This document shows, piece by piece, positions 38,707-50,996 of a DNA stretch of 64,000 nucleotides. Under the pieces are notes generated by a model, which did no database searches, was not told the DNA's origin, and was given only the letters and a program-made list of their open reading frames with translations. The stretch is taken from assembly GCF_009914755.1 (NCBI RefSeq), contig NC_060931.1; one strand, written 5' to 3'. How positions within the stretch are numbered: the stretch's first letter is position 1; each line of letters begins with the position of its first letter. The DNA comes from the human T2T-CHM13v2.0 reference genome, Homo sapiens. The position numbers were made by a program, and so were the translations under genes.

Positions 38707-38978
38707 TCTTTGGTACAGTAGGGCTAAATCTCTACAGCGAAGGAGCTCAAATCTGAACTGGCATCTATTCTTGTAGGTAAGGGAAGCCATTAAAGGCAGT
38801 TGACCAAAGGGTTATGTAAAAAGAATTGTGTTTTAGCAGAACAAAAATGATAATGGTGTGCTAGGATAGATGATGAATGAGATCTTCCTGATCATCAGGA
38901 TAATTCCCATATCTCTGGCTTTGAGAAGCAGTGGAGAAAATTTAGAAGATAAGCTTACATTTAGAAGACAAGCAACTT

Positions 38979-39300
<322 letters not shown>

Positions 39301-40677
39301 GCAACTTAAGATTGGGCTTCATGAAGACAGAGACTAGATTCTGTGGATATAGGATAAATAACACATGGGCAGCTGTGACTCAGAGCATGGGTATGACATG
39401 AGTGACCTGTAATTGTTCTATGTGGAATGGGTGCACTAGTCATCCAATTAAGCCATGGAGAAGGACAGAGATGCTTGGCTCTCACTCACTAGTCTCTGAG
39501 TCAAAAGGGGCAGAGGAAGGGAAACTTTATTAGGCCAATAAGGAATAAATGATGTGAATGCATAGTTTAATGTATGTTACTATGTGAACAAAAAATTGGG
39601 GTAGAGAAGAGTCTTCACACATTAGGATGCAGATTAGGATGAGATTTCATTTATAGAAGAGTAGTGGGTTTTGGCACCATGGGATTGATAAGGACAAGTA
39701 TGATGGATAAAGCAGTGTGTTGGCAGCATGGCAGGGGGATACATTAACAGAGGGGGTATTAGGGTTGGGAGAGGAGTGTTGAGAAATTAGGATGGGATGT
39801 CTGACCTGGTGGGAGTAATTTACAGAGTAGTAGGTCAGGAATACTGAGGGATGAGGAATCAGAAGGCAAGTGGGCAGGTCCTCCTTGGTAATCTAAAAGG
39901 AAAGTTGATGGAGCTTCATTGAAACAAAATTGTCTTCCCTGGGTTTCAACGAGGACCCTTCAGATGGAATTTAGGCTCTTTGTTGACACCATTTGGAGAA
40001 AGTAGATGATTCTTTGTGGTAAGTAGAAGGTAAATACTAAGTCAATGTTTTTCTGATTTGGTTTTTCACTTGACAGAGAGAGCAGGTGCTATAAATTATA
40101 CTAATGACTAACATTGGGGAATTCTAGTGGACCCTCTAAAGGTTATGGGCATAAGAAGAGGAAGGGAAACATTTGAAAAGGATGTTGTCATGGAAGCTTT
40201 AGTTGAAGTGCTGAGAAAATTGATAACATATTTCAAAGTGAGATACAAAATCACGATACAAAAGTTTGAAAGGAGTTATCTGTTCTAAATTTAATGCAAG
40301 ACTGAATTTTGACCATTGCACAGGACTAAATAATTACTGAGACTGTCATGAGACTTGAATGAATTATGGGTATTTTTATTACCCTAGAAGTACCAGAAAC
40401 ATCAAGGATATCAAGAAAGATCTAGCCTATTAGAGTGGATTTTAAGATATAGAAATAAATTTTACTTATGATTGTATTATGCAAGTCATGATTGTTAAAC
40501 ATAATGTTTACACAAAATAAAAACGGCAGGCTGAGAAGTAGAATCTATGGAAGAGAGTTGGAAGGGTTTTGGAATTTGGCAGATAAAACATGAGATAGGA
40601 ATAACATTTGTAGAGACGAGTTCATCTAAAAGCAGATTAAAAGGAAAGCAGCAATTTCCTAGCACTGCAATATTCTC

Positions 40678-41001
40678 TGCGATGGACTGAATGTTTATGT
40701 ACCCTCCCCCTCCAAATTTATAGGCTGAAATCTTAACTCCTAATGTGAAGGTATTAGGAGGCAGAAACTTTGGGGGTAATTAGGTAATAAAGAGACTCTA
40801 GAGAGCTCTCTCACCCTCTTTCTGCCATACAATTAAAGACAGCAGTCTGCACCTTGGAAGGTGACCCTCACCAGTACCCAATCATGCTGGCACCCTAATC
40901 CTGGACTGGTACCCTCCAGAAATATAAGAAATAAATTTGTATTGTTCATAAGCCACCCAGCATATGATACTTTGGCATAGCAGCCTGAACTGACTGAGAC
41001 A
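40678..41001 (+). mobile_element. MLT1A-type solo LTR
   Basis: tgcgatggactgaatgtttatgt...cagcctgaactgactgagaca; perfect TSD TTCTC. Confidence 0.9.
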
Positions 41002-42389
41002 TTCTCCAAAGGTATCAATAGGTGAAGCTTAATTTTTATAAAGAAAAATAATTTATAAAATTGGCTATTTTGTATGACCTTGGCATTCAGGGTTTAAAAT
41101 ATGTTAGAGTGAACTCAAAAGTACGTGTTAAACAAAATGAAAAATATAAAAATATTAGTGGCCATCATTTATTCCAGGCATATAAGGTATAAACTTAAGG
41201 TAAAATTGTTCCTTTTTCTCTATGCATAATACATACTGAGGACTTCTACCAAATATAGGGCGTGGAGAACTCTTTGAAAAGAATTCATTGAATAGAATGG
41301 AAAATGTATTCTGACTATTTTCTTCTTAAAAATGTTCTGTATGTCTAGCTTTTCTAAAATGTAAATGTATTACTTTTAAAATCAACATGAAAACATTCTA
41401 GGTGTCTTCTCTAGCATGAGGCATGAGGAAGTTTATGGGGAGCTAGGAGCATGGATTGACACGATAGCTGGTCACTTTTGAGGCTGTGACTAATCCCAAA
41501 GAGGCAAAGGACTCTGTGCATGGTCAGTGCTTTCTTTGTCTGAAGGATACCTTGTTTGGCTTCTAGAGAAAGGAATGCAGGAAAAATTATCTGGTATGGA
41601 TCCCCTTTCTCCTGTGCATCTTGACGGGTGGTGGCAAATAAGACTGTGCTTTAGCTACAGGGAAAGAAGGAGAAGACCAGCAGAAGGAACGGCAAGCTGG
41701 GGAAATCAGAAAACTAGGCTAAGTCACAGTGGTTTGCCCAAACAGGTGGCAAGCAAGCCACCCACCAAGTAATGTGGCCTCCACTGCGGGGGAATCTTCA
41801 GAGTAGAACACCAGCATCATGCCCAGAACACAGAGGCTTTTTCAGTTGGAGTCCAAATGCAGAGCATCTGTCACTGAGTCGCTTATAATTAATTCTGCCT
41901 TTAAATTAGCAGCTGTCTTAGGACACTTTGCTGGTGGGTGGGTTGGGGACGAAGATACATTTACAGTGTAATGGATTTGAGCTTGTCAGTTTTAGGGTGG
42001 CCACAGCATCCAAGGTTGCTCCCTTCTGAGGGCTGTTCGTGTTGATAGCAGTGGTAATGATCCACTTTTGACATCTTTAATATTTCATTGGCAGAGATGA
42101 GAGAGATAGCTATTTTATTTCAGAATTTGCCCCATCGAATTCTCCTAATTCCTCTTTCCTTTTCTCCTGCAGCTTGTATTAATGTAATTTGATGGAAATC
42201 TGATTTGATTTACAAAAGTTGTTGTCCAATAATTCCACCAATTTTTGAAGTAATAGATGCTTATTTTCTTTTCCATATGCACCATTTGATCCACCGTAAA
42301 GCAGAGATAGCAGAGCACTATTTAATGCAGGGGTTTGCAGCTGCAGAGTGGAAGAATCTGGTGGTCATGGTGAGAAAGGGCAACTTTTT

Positions 42390-43672
42390 AGCTTTTATTT
42401 ATTTATGTTGTTAAAATTCTGAGTTTATTTCACATGTATATTTTTGTCTCCCCATCATTTCTGTGTCTGACCACCGCTACTACTATGTCCTATCATAACA
42501 TTCCATATATGCTTAAAACCATGCAAAGGCTGGAGTTTCATCTTTAAAAACCGACATTTTGGACAACACATTTTTGGCAATGGAAGCTAGACAACATTTA
42601 TCAACACAGTAGGGAAAGTTCTCACTCTGCATTATGAAAAGGACAGCCAGATATCAACAGTTACAGAAATGAAATAAGATAAAATTTTTAACAAACTGTT
42701 TAAACTATCTTCCTTAAAGAGACTTCATCTACTGCCAGAGACCTTGAACAGCTTCCTGGTCGGTCATCCAGAAGCAGTCCTTCACGTGATTGACAAATTT
42801 GGCTTCCACTTTGGGAAGAGAAGTCTCTTTTTCTACAGTTGCTTGCATTTTTGCTCTAATGTCTTCTTCCACAGAACAAGGTCCTTTTGGTGTTTTAGTT
42901 TTTTTTTTCCCTGTTTTTTTTTTTGAGTGATTCTTGACCTTCTGATGTTGGTGCTGATGGTGTTGAGTCTTCTTCCTTCTGGTTAGATGTTTGTGCATTT
43001 TTGGCTGAAGTATCTCATATAGACTTCTTCACTGGAGGTATTTTTTCAGTTTCATCATAATTAAAATCATCATCTTCATCTTCATCATCTCTATTATTAT
43101 CATCTTCATCAGCAGCATGTTTTCCTTTTTTTCTGTGGAAGCTCACTACCATTTCTAGGGGCGGATTGCTTTCCAGGTATACTTAAGAGCTTCATATTCT
43201 CCTCCTCTTCATCTTCTCACTCTGCCTCTTCCTCCACAGCTACTAAGTGCTGTCCACTAATATGCCCTGGCCCTGAACCACGCTTCAACCATAAGACCAC
43301 GGGTGGTGGTATTTCAAAGCCCCTAAGGGAAACCACTGGCTGTATAGACATTTTCAAAGTGCCAGTGTTATTTCAATCGGACCACCTTTGTAATTCATTG
43401 CCTCTGCTTCAGCAATGTGCGATTCATCCTATGTATCAGCCCCTAAAGTGACTATTCTTAAAGATAACTGTAGTTTTTTCATCATTATTCACATTAAAGT
43501 GAGAAACTTTGTCAGTGTTTAGCTCATAACCAAAAAGATAGTTCTGGGGCTTTAGGGGGTTCATGTCAAATCTTCCACTGGGGTGGTGGCAAGGACTTAG
43601 GTGGGAGAAAAGGTGGACAGAGGTAATGACTACTGCTCCAGAGAACAGTCATGCAGGATGGAAACACACCAG
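42390..43672 (-). pseudogene. NPM1P: Processed (retro) pseudogene of nucleophosmin NPM1, near full-length cDNA of the long isoform; specific NPM1P number not determinable
   Basis: Minus strand is colinear and intronless against NPM1 mRNA. 5'UTR (ctggtgtgtttccatcctgcatgactgttctctggagcag), start degraded to GTG (43576-43578), core ...[17 protein letters not shown]..., acidic tract, and C-terminus [55 protein letters not shown] (ORF 42729..42998). Original TAA at 42714-42716, full 3'UTR, T-rich tail about 42385-42405. Frameshifts and premature stops; probable TSD GGGCAACTTTT (42378-42388) / GGGCCACTTTT (43680-43690). Confidence 0.97.
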
Positions 43673-44012
43673 CACGAGGGGGCCACTTTTGCAAACCTTC
43701 ATAGTGAGGAGGTGATGCTAGTGGCCTCCATTGCCCTTTGCTTCTGACTGTCCCTCCTTTCCCAATACAAATTATTTCTAATATTATATGTTTAGATATA
43801 ATTTGCTGGATTAATATTTGGTGGCTTGAGTTTCATCATTGGGTATTTCTCATTTTATTTATTCTTTAGAACATGATTTGAAACTTGAGCACAGTAATAC
43901 CTCATTTATTCAGTGACAGTAAATAGTTGTTTTGTGAATTTTCTGAATGATAATAGTTATAGGGGCTAGCATATATTGAGCCCTTATGTGCTGGCACTTT
44001 GCTACATACAAT

Positions 44013-44191
44013 TGTAGTCAGCATCCTTTAAGACGGCCCCCACGACCTCCACCTTGTGTAATTCATGCTTTGTGTAGTTCTACCCCTTGGAGTGTTGGCT
44101 GGATTTAGTAACTCTGAGATGATAAACGTTTGCTTTTTTCAACCACTAACTTGTGGGGCAATTTGTTACACAGCAATCAACAATGAATACA
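44013..44191 (+). mobile_element. MLT1E/F-type LTR with large internal deletion, inserted in a MIR
   Basis: Both termini present (tgtagtcagcatcctttaagacggccccc ... gcaatttgttacacagcaatcaacaatgaataca) in only about 180 bp. Confidence 0.75.
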
Positions 44192-46212
44192 ACTTCAGAT
44201 ACATCATTTAATCCTTACAACAATCCAATGAAGAAGGTATTACTGTATTCTCATGGGGTTCCATGGCATTGCCTCAACTCTCAGGTCCTCTGCTTCTCTC
44301 TCTGCCCCCTCCCAAGGCTACACACTTTTGTGGCCCTTCCTATTTCTGGCTGTCCTTTGGAATACTTAGCCGCCTTCTTTCTGTATCTATCCTGCCACCA
44401 TCTTGTAAATTAGCCCCTTCTTGCTGTTGACTCTCCCTAGCACTCAGAAATTTAGCAGAAATCATTTTCTCCCTCTTGTTGAGTTGTAAAATAACCAACT
44501 CATCTTTATGATGATGCCAGCTTAAGACGTTCCCTGGAGGTATCTCTATGCTTCAAGATATATTTTCCCCACAACAAAGGCATTAGACTGTTGCTTTTAG
44601 AATAGTTTACTGCTTTCATGTGTTTTTTAAAAATTCTCCTTCTTCTTGAACCATTTGTCTTACAATCTGGGATGGATTGCATGATTTGTATGCAAAATGG
44701 AAATCGATAGACTCTAAGTAAGGGCTGAGGGCCACTTTCTGTGTCTGTGCATTGTGGCCATTTTTTCCTAGCACAGGTTCCCAGCTTTGTTTTGGGTAAT
44801 TAGGGCTGATAAAATTTCATTTCTACCTAAATTAGGTATTATTATATTTTTTTATTTCATTTCTTATTTGCAAAACTGGACATATCCTTATTTTATTCCT
44901 GGTTAACTTCAGTAACCTTATAACTTATGCATTCCACCAACATTCCATTCCTCTCCAGTCTGGCCCCTCCTTGGCTGGCTGACAAGTATTTCTGAAACCC
45001 CACTTACATTGGGGTGTGACCTGATGATCGCCTCCTCGCCTCCAGCATATCTGCATTAAACAATCTGGGGACTCTTTTTGGGATTAAATATTGATTGTTT
45101 CAAAAAATGAAAATTGAATGTTTAGAGTGAGAAATTGGCTAATTAAAGCTGGACTTTGTTTATTAAAAATTATCAAATAAGTTTATGATGATTAAACCAG
45201 TAATCCTGATATATATTAAATTAAATTCAAGTATGAATATGGGTGGGAAAAAAAGCATGATTTCTGATTGAATGGTAACCTCTAATATAATGAAAGTCAT
45301 TTAATTGCAACTTAGATACTTCTGATTAATATATTGCTTGAGATATATTAGTAGTGATGGAAGTAACACTGGTAGCGGTGATAGTAGGTAGCATGTTAGG
45401 AAGGGTGTTGGAATACCTACAGTGTGACATGGATGCTGACAAGCACCTCATATACGTTGTCTCTTTTAATCCTTCAAAACCCCTATACTGTAGGTACTAA
45501 TATCATCCCACAACTTATAGCCTTATCTTCATTTCCCAAATTAGCTTGCTCCCTTTCCACCCCCCAAATCTTAACTATCAGTCCTGTTTTTATCAGTCAA
45601 TAAAATTTCATGTTTCTTGTTCTTCTCTTATAGGCATGTGCAATACAGCAGTTTAGGGAAATGAAATATTTTCTGTCATGAAATATTATATTTCTCCAAA
45701 TCAAAATTTATTATAGCTCTTTGGAGCTTCCACCTGGGGGAATTTTCTGTCATACAAGTCAAATAGGTTCTATTTGTTCTGCCCAGTTTAGTTTTTCTCT
45801 CTACTTTGCTGGATAAAGTAAAAAGATGTGACAAAAGGAGACATAATATCCACAAATCCATCTCCTTACAAGTTAAAATCGGTAGCTTTTATAATTTCTT
45901 TGGCAAGGAAATCCTTTTAGAAGGGGGTAGTAATTATAAATAATACTAATAGCTGCTAGCTGTAGTAATAGTAGTCCATTTGTCTTAGAACTCTTTTATG
46001 CACTTGTATTTTTCCAAGTGAATCAAGCTAGAATAAAGTTTGTAGCGTCTCTATTATACTTGTGGTCTAGAGATGTGTTAGAAAAAAAGTAAGTAATTTT
46101 CTTGTCTATTATAATGTACTATAAGGAGTTATCAAGCATTAATCCAGCTATGATGCTCTTAAAATTCCCAAATCTCTATGTTCAAACTTGTTTAATTTAG
46201 AGGAATGACTTT

Positions 46213-46342
46213 GGTGGGCAGGGTGGCTCATGCCAGCTACTTGGGAGGTTGAGGTGGGAAGATCACTTGAGGCCAGGATTTCGAGACCAGCCTGGGGAAT
46301 ATAGTGATATTTCATCTCTAAAAAAAATAAAAATAAAAAAAA
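46213..46342 (+). mobile_element. FLAM (free left Alu monomer)
   Basis: gatcacttgaggccaggatttcgagaccagcctggg followed by A tail; TSD AATGA(A)CTT. Confidence 0.85.
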
Positions 46343-46551
46343 CAATGAACTTAGTAGACAATTTTAGATAGCAAACAGCAAAACAGAAAAAAGAAAAGAA
46401 AAATATACTTCAATCTGTTATAAGTGATTACTTTTGAGTATGTGGTCAAATAAAAGCCAATCCTCCCAAATGCATTCTTAAAAATCAAGTCCTTATGTAT
46501 TTCTTATTGGAGGATTATGTGTTTAAAATAATATGGAGAGAACTCAACAAT

Positions 46552-47249
<698 letters not shown>

Positions 47250-48099
47250 ATAATTTTGGTTAAATGTATAAATTATTTTAAAGGAATCAACAAATTCCGC
47301 ACCAGTCAATGTGCTGTTGGTTCACTCAGTTTCTATGTTTGGGTACACCATATATAAATAACATGGAATAAGAATGGAGTTTTGGAGAACTGCTGATTAC
47401 ATTTTTAAAAAGTCAAGATCAAGGTGAATCATACCTATCAAAAAAATTATGTCTAATCAAAGGATGCATTCCAATCAATGAGAACAAAATAAAACAACTA
47501 GTTCAGGTGTTTTATTATAAAAATAAAAATGCATATCTGCTAAGGATAAATGCCTTTAGTAGTAGTCTCTTTGCTTTGGCATATTTTCATTTGCCCAATT
47601 ACTTGGAATATTTGTGATCACCTCTGAATAATCACTTCGTAGTAAGTTATTTAAGCTAAAATCAGGCAGTGATTCAAGGTAATAAATAGTTCCAATAAAT
47701 AATAAGCAACTTTCCAATGATTTTGACTGTTCATACTGCTCTAATGCCTTAATACATGTGGTAAAGTTAGCAAATCAGAAAACTCAAACTCCACAACCCT
47801 TTACACAGTCTTGATGTCTTGTTAATACTATTATCAACTTAGCAATGGAATTTAGCATTTGATTCTTTCAAATTGGTTTTCTCTTGCAATATCCATATTA
47901 ATTGTATTTTTGTTCATACTGAAGTCCTTCTAAATTTCCAGGCCTGGTACCTTCATTCCAATTCAGATTCAACCCTCATCCTTAATCCTCAACTAGAGCC
48001 ACCATTTTGCTAGTGCTTGCTTTATTGTGTATTTTATATCCTCTTTTCCTCCCTTTGATTTCATTAGCTCAGAATCTTATCAAACCAGTATATTCTCAT

Positions 48100-48560
48100 C
48101 ATTTTGCATAAAATTATTGAATATTACCTCATAGCAGATAGGATAATATCCAGGGTCTTCAGCTTGGCATTCGAGATATTTCACAACATAAACTAAGGCA
48201 CAGATGTTTGATCTGATTTTCCTTTCATTTATTTTACATTGTACTCCAACCAACTTTAGCTGTCTTGCAAAATGCTATTCTCTTCCTTGCCTCTAATTTT
48301 CACTTCTGAGGTTCACTTCTCAATGCCTATCCCTGTCGAAGGCCTCTTAACCTCCTCAGATCATTTCAGTTCATGGTAATCTTTCCTGCACTTCAAGTCA
48401 GAGTGTCTCTTATTCTCAACCTCACTGTCTGCGCACTTCTTTAGGATATATGTTTCTTATGTCTCTCCTTTGAGCATATTTTAGAGCCCTTTAGATAGCA
48501 TCTAGTTTATTTTTTAAAGTACTCAAATGAAGCTACTTAGAAGAATTGAATACACTCAAT
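48100..48560 (+). mobile_element. L2 fragment
   Basis: cttcagcttggcattcgag...tactcaaatgaagctacttagaagaattgaat. Confidence 0.5.
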
Positions 48561-49048
48561 TTTATTATGACAAAAGATGTGCTGTGACACCACTTCTACC
48601 TTTCTCAGACCCTAGTTCTCTCAACTTCCTGGGATATATGGGTTATGGCAGTCAGGTTGTGAAGATTTTTGTTAAAAGAACATTTCAACAAAGACCTTGA
48701 TTCTACAGGTCTCTCTCACTATTGCTTCTATAGTCACCACAGAAGGAATAACAAGGCTAATACTGTTTGGATAAATGTGTATATGGAACAGATTAATCTG
48801 AATTTGGCAAAAGTTCAGAGGCTATGAAGAACAAGATTTGGGGAGAAAATCTGTTTTGAAAGCTAAATTAACCTATTTTGTTTATTTTGCAACTATAAAT
48901 AGTAGTATTAATTTTTTTCCTGGACTTTTATGGTTTTATTTGCTCTGGATATTTTATTTACTAAAAAGGAATCTTTCCAGATGGTCTCATAAATTATCAA
49001 TATGTTCCAGAAATTTCAACATATCAGAAATTAAAAATATATCTCCTA

Positions 49049-49317
49049 AGTATAAATTAGTTCAACCATTGTGAAAGACAGTGTGGCAATTCCTTAAAGA
49101 CCAAGAGGCAGAAATACCATTTGACCCAGCAATCCCATCACTGGGTATATAGTCAAAAGATTATAAATCCTTCTTTTATAAAGATACATACATGCATATG
49201 TTCACTGCAGCATTATTTACAATAGCAAAGACATGGAATCAACCCAAATACCCATCAATGATGGACTGGATAAAGAAAATGTTCCACAGTATGTGTGTAT
49301 ACATACACACACACACA

Positions 49318-49373
<56 letters not shown>

Positions 49374-49742
49374 GGAATACTATGCAGCCATAAAAAGGAA
49401 CGAGATCATGTCCTTTCCCTGGGCATGGATGAAGCTGGAAGCTGTTATTCTCAGCAAACTAACACAGGAACAGAAAACTAAATACTGTATATTCTCATTG
49501 ATAAGTGGAAGCTGAACAATGAGAACACATGGACACATAGGGATAGCTACGCATATTGTGGCCTGTTGGTGAGGGTTGGGGGAGGGAGAGCATGGGAAGA
49601 ATACCTAATTGCTGCTGGGTTGAATACCTAGGTGATGGGGTAATCTGTGCAGCAAACCACCATAGCACACATTTAACTATGTAACATACTGCACTTCCTG
49701 CACATATACCACTGAACTTAAAATAAAAAGTAGAAGAAAAAA
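49049..49742 (+). mobile_element. L1PA (older) 3' end: ORF2 C-terminus and 3'UTR
   Basis: ORF 49192..49515 MFTAALFTIAKTWNQPKYPS...WIKKM is the L1 ORF2 C-terminus; A-rich tail; TSD-like AAAAATATATCTC. Confidence 0.93.
49299..49371. repeat. Interrupted (CA)n microsatellite within the L1
   Basis: Direct reading. Confidence 0.97.
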
Positions 49743-50259
49743 ATATATATCTCTTACACTACCACTTACATATGGAAAATTATTTGACCACCGGCATATA
49801 TTCTTGAAATAAAAAATAAAGCCATTGTCTATACTGGTTCAAAGGGTCCCAAATGGACCAGCTAATCGGTTGATTAAAATACAGAGTTAAAAATATCTAT
49901 GTTTTAAAATAGGTCTAAGTTCACTTGGAGCTGAGGAGCTAGACCTCAAATGAAGATGTAATAGAGAGTTGCTTTCAGTTCAGAAATTGTATTGGCTAAG
50001 AATATCTCATTCCAATAAGTTTAAGTTCCCATTAGTTATGGAATTGGGACAGTCCAAAACAGTAAACCATAAAATAGTTTATGGAAAAGGCCATAATTTT
50101 CTGAAAGAAAAATAGGGGAATGTGATACACAGATTAAAACAAAGAGTTTTTGTTGCTCCATGGGCTGTCAATTTATTTTGGAAGCTTTCCTCTGAATGGC
50201 TAATGGGTTGACGGCCAGAGCGAAAGAGGTGTCACCACTCAGGGTAATGGGAAACGAGT

Positions 50260-50460
50260 TCTTGGAAGATAAACTAATCTATGTTCCTGGCCTGGTCTTG
50301 CCATGTAATAGATATATTACCTTGGGAAAGCTACCTAACTTCTTAGTGTATCTCCTCATTTACATCTCCTCATTTTAATATTTCCTTCAGTGAGATAATG
50401 AGGATTAGGTGAATTACATAGCATGGTGCCTGGCACCTATGCACTTAATAGCCATTAGCT
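50260..50460 (+). mobile_element. MIR
   Basis: accttgggaaagctacctaacttcttagtgtatctcctcat...catggtgcctggcac. Confidence 0.7.
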
Positions 50461-50604
50461 CCTTTCCCTTCCATTGGTAATAAAAAATGATCTAGTTATA
50501 AAATTATATTGTGGAAAATAAGAATTTTTTTTTAAGAACTAGGTATTTGGATTATTAACAGAATAATAATGTAATATAATATATAAATTTATGACCACGT
50601 TCCC

Positions 50605-50925
50605 TCATGTTTTTCCAATAGAAGTATAATATAAGCCATATGTGTAATTTTTAATTTTCTAGTAGCTGCATTAAAGTAAAAAGAAAAGGGAAATTAATTT
50701 TAATTTTTGTTTAACCCACTATTTCCAAAATGTCATTTCAACATGTAATTAATATAAAACATGATTAAGGAGATATTCCACATTCTTTTTTTTTTCCATA
50801 CTAAATCTTTGAAATTCAGCGTGCATTTCACACTTATAGCACATCTCAATTCAGAATAGCCACATTTCGAATGCTCAATAGCCACTTAGGATTAGTAGCT
50901 GTTCTGTTGGACTATGGAGAGCTAG
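50605..50925. mobile_element. MER33-type hAT DNA transposon
   Basis: tccaatagaa...ttttctagtagc...acttatagcacatctcaattcagaatagccacatttc...ttggac. Confidence 0.85.
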
Positions 50926-50996
50926 ATACATTTTGTGGAAGTAAAAAAAAGGAGGGCAGAACTCTGAAAGACTGAGGACTTACCTAAAAAGCCTTG

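Noticed and set aside
42729-42998. 89-aa ORF as a functional NPM1-like protein
   Set aside because: Its N-terminal part is out of frame with NPM1, it stops at the W290 position, and the upstream CDS has a lost start codon, frameshifts and stops
49192-49515. 107-aa ORF with (HT)n repeat
   Set aside because: L1 ORF2 C-terminus read through a (CA)n microsatellite
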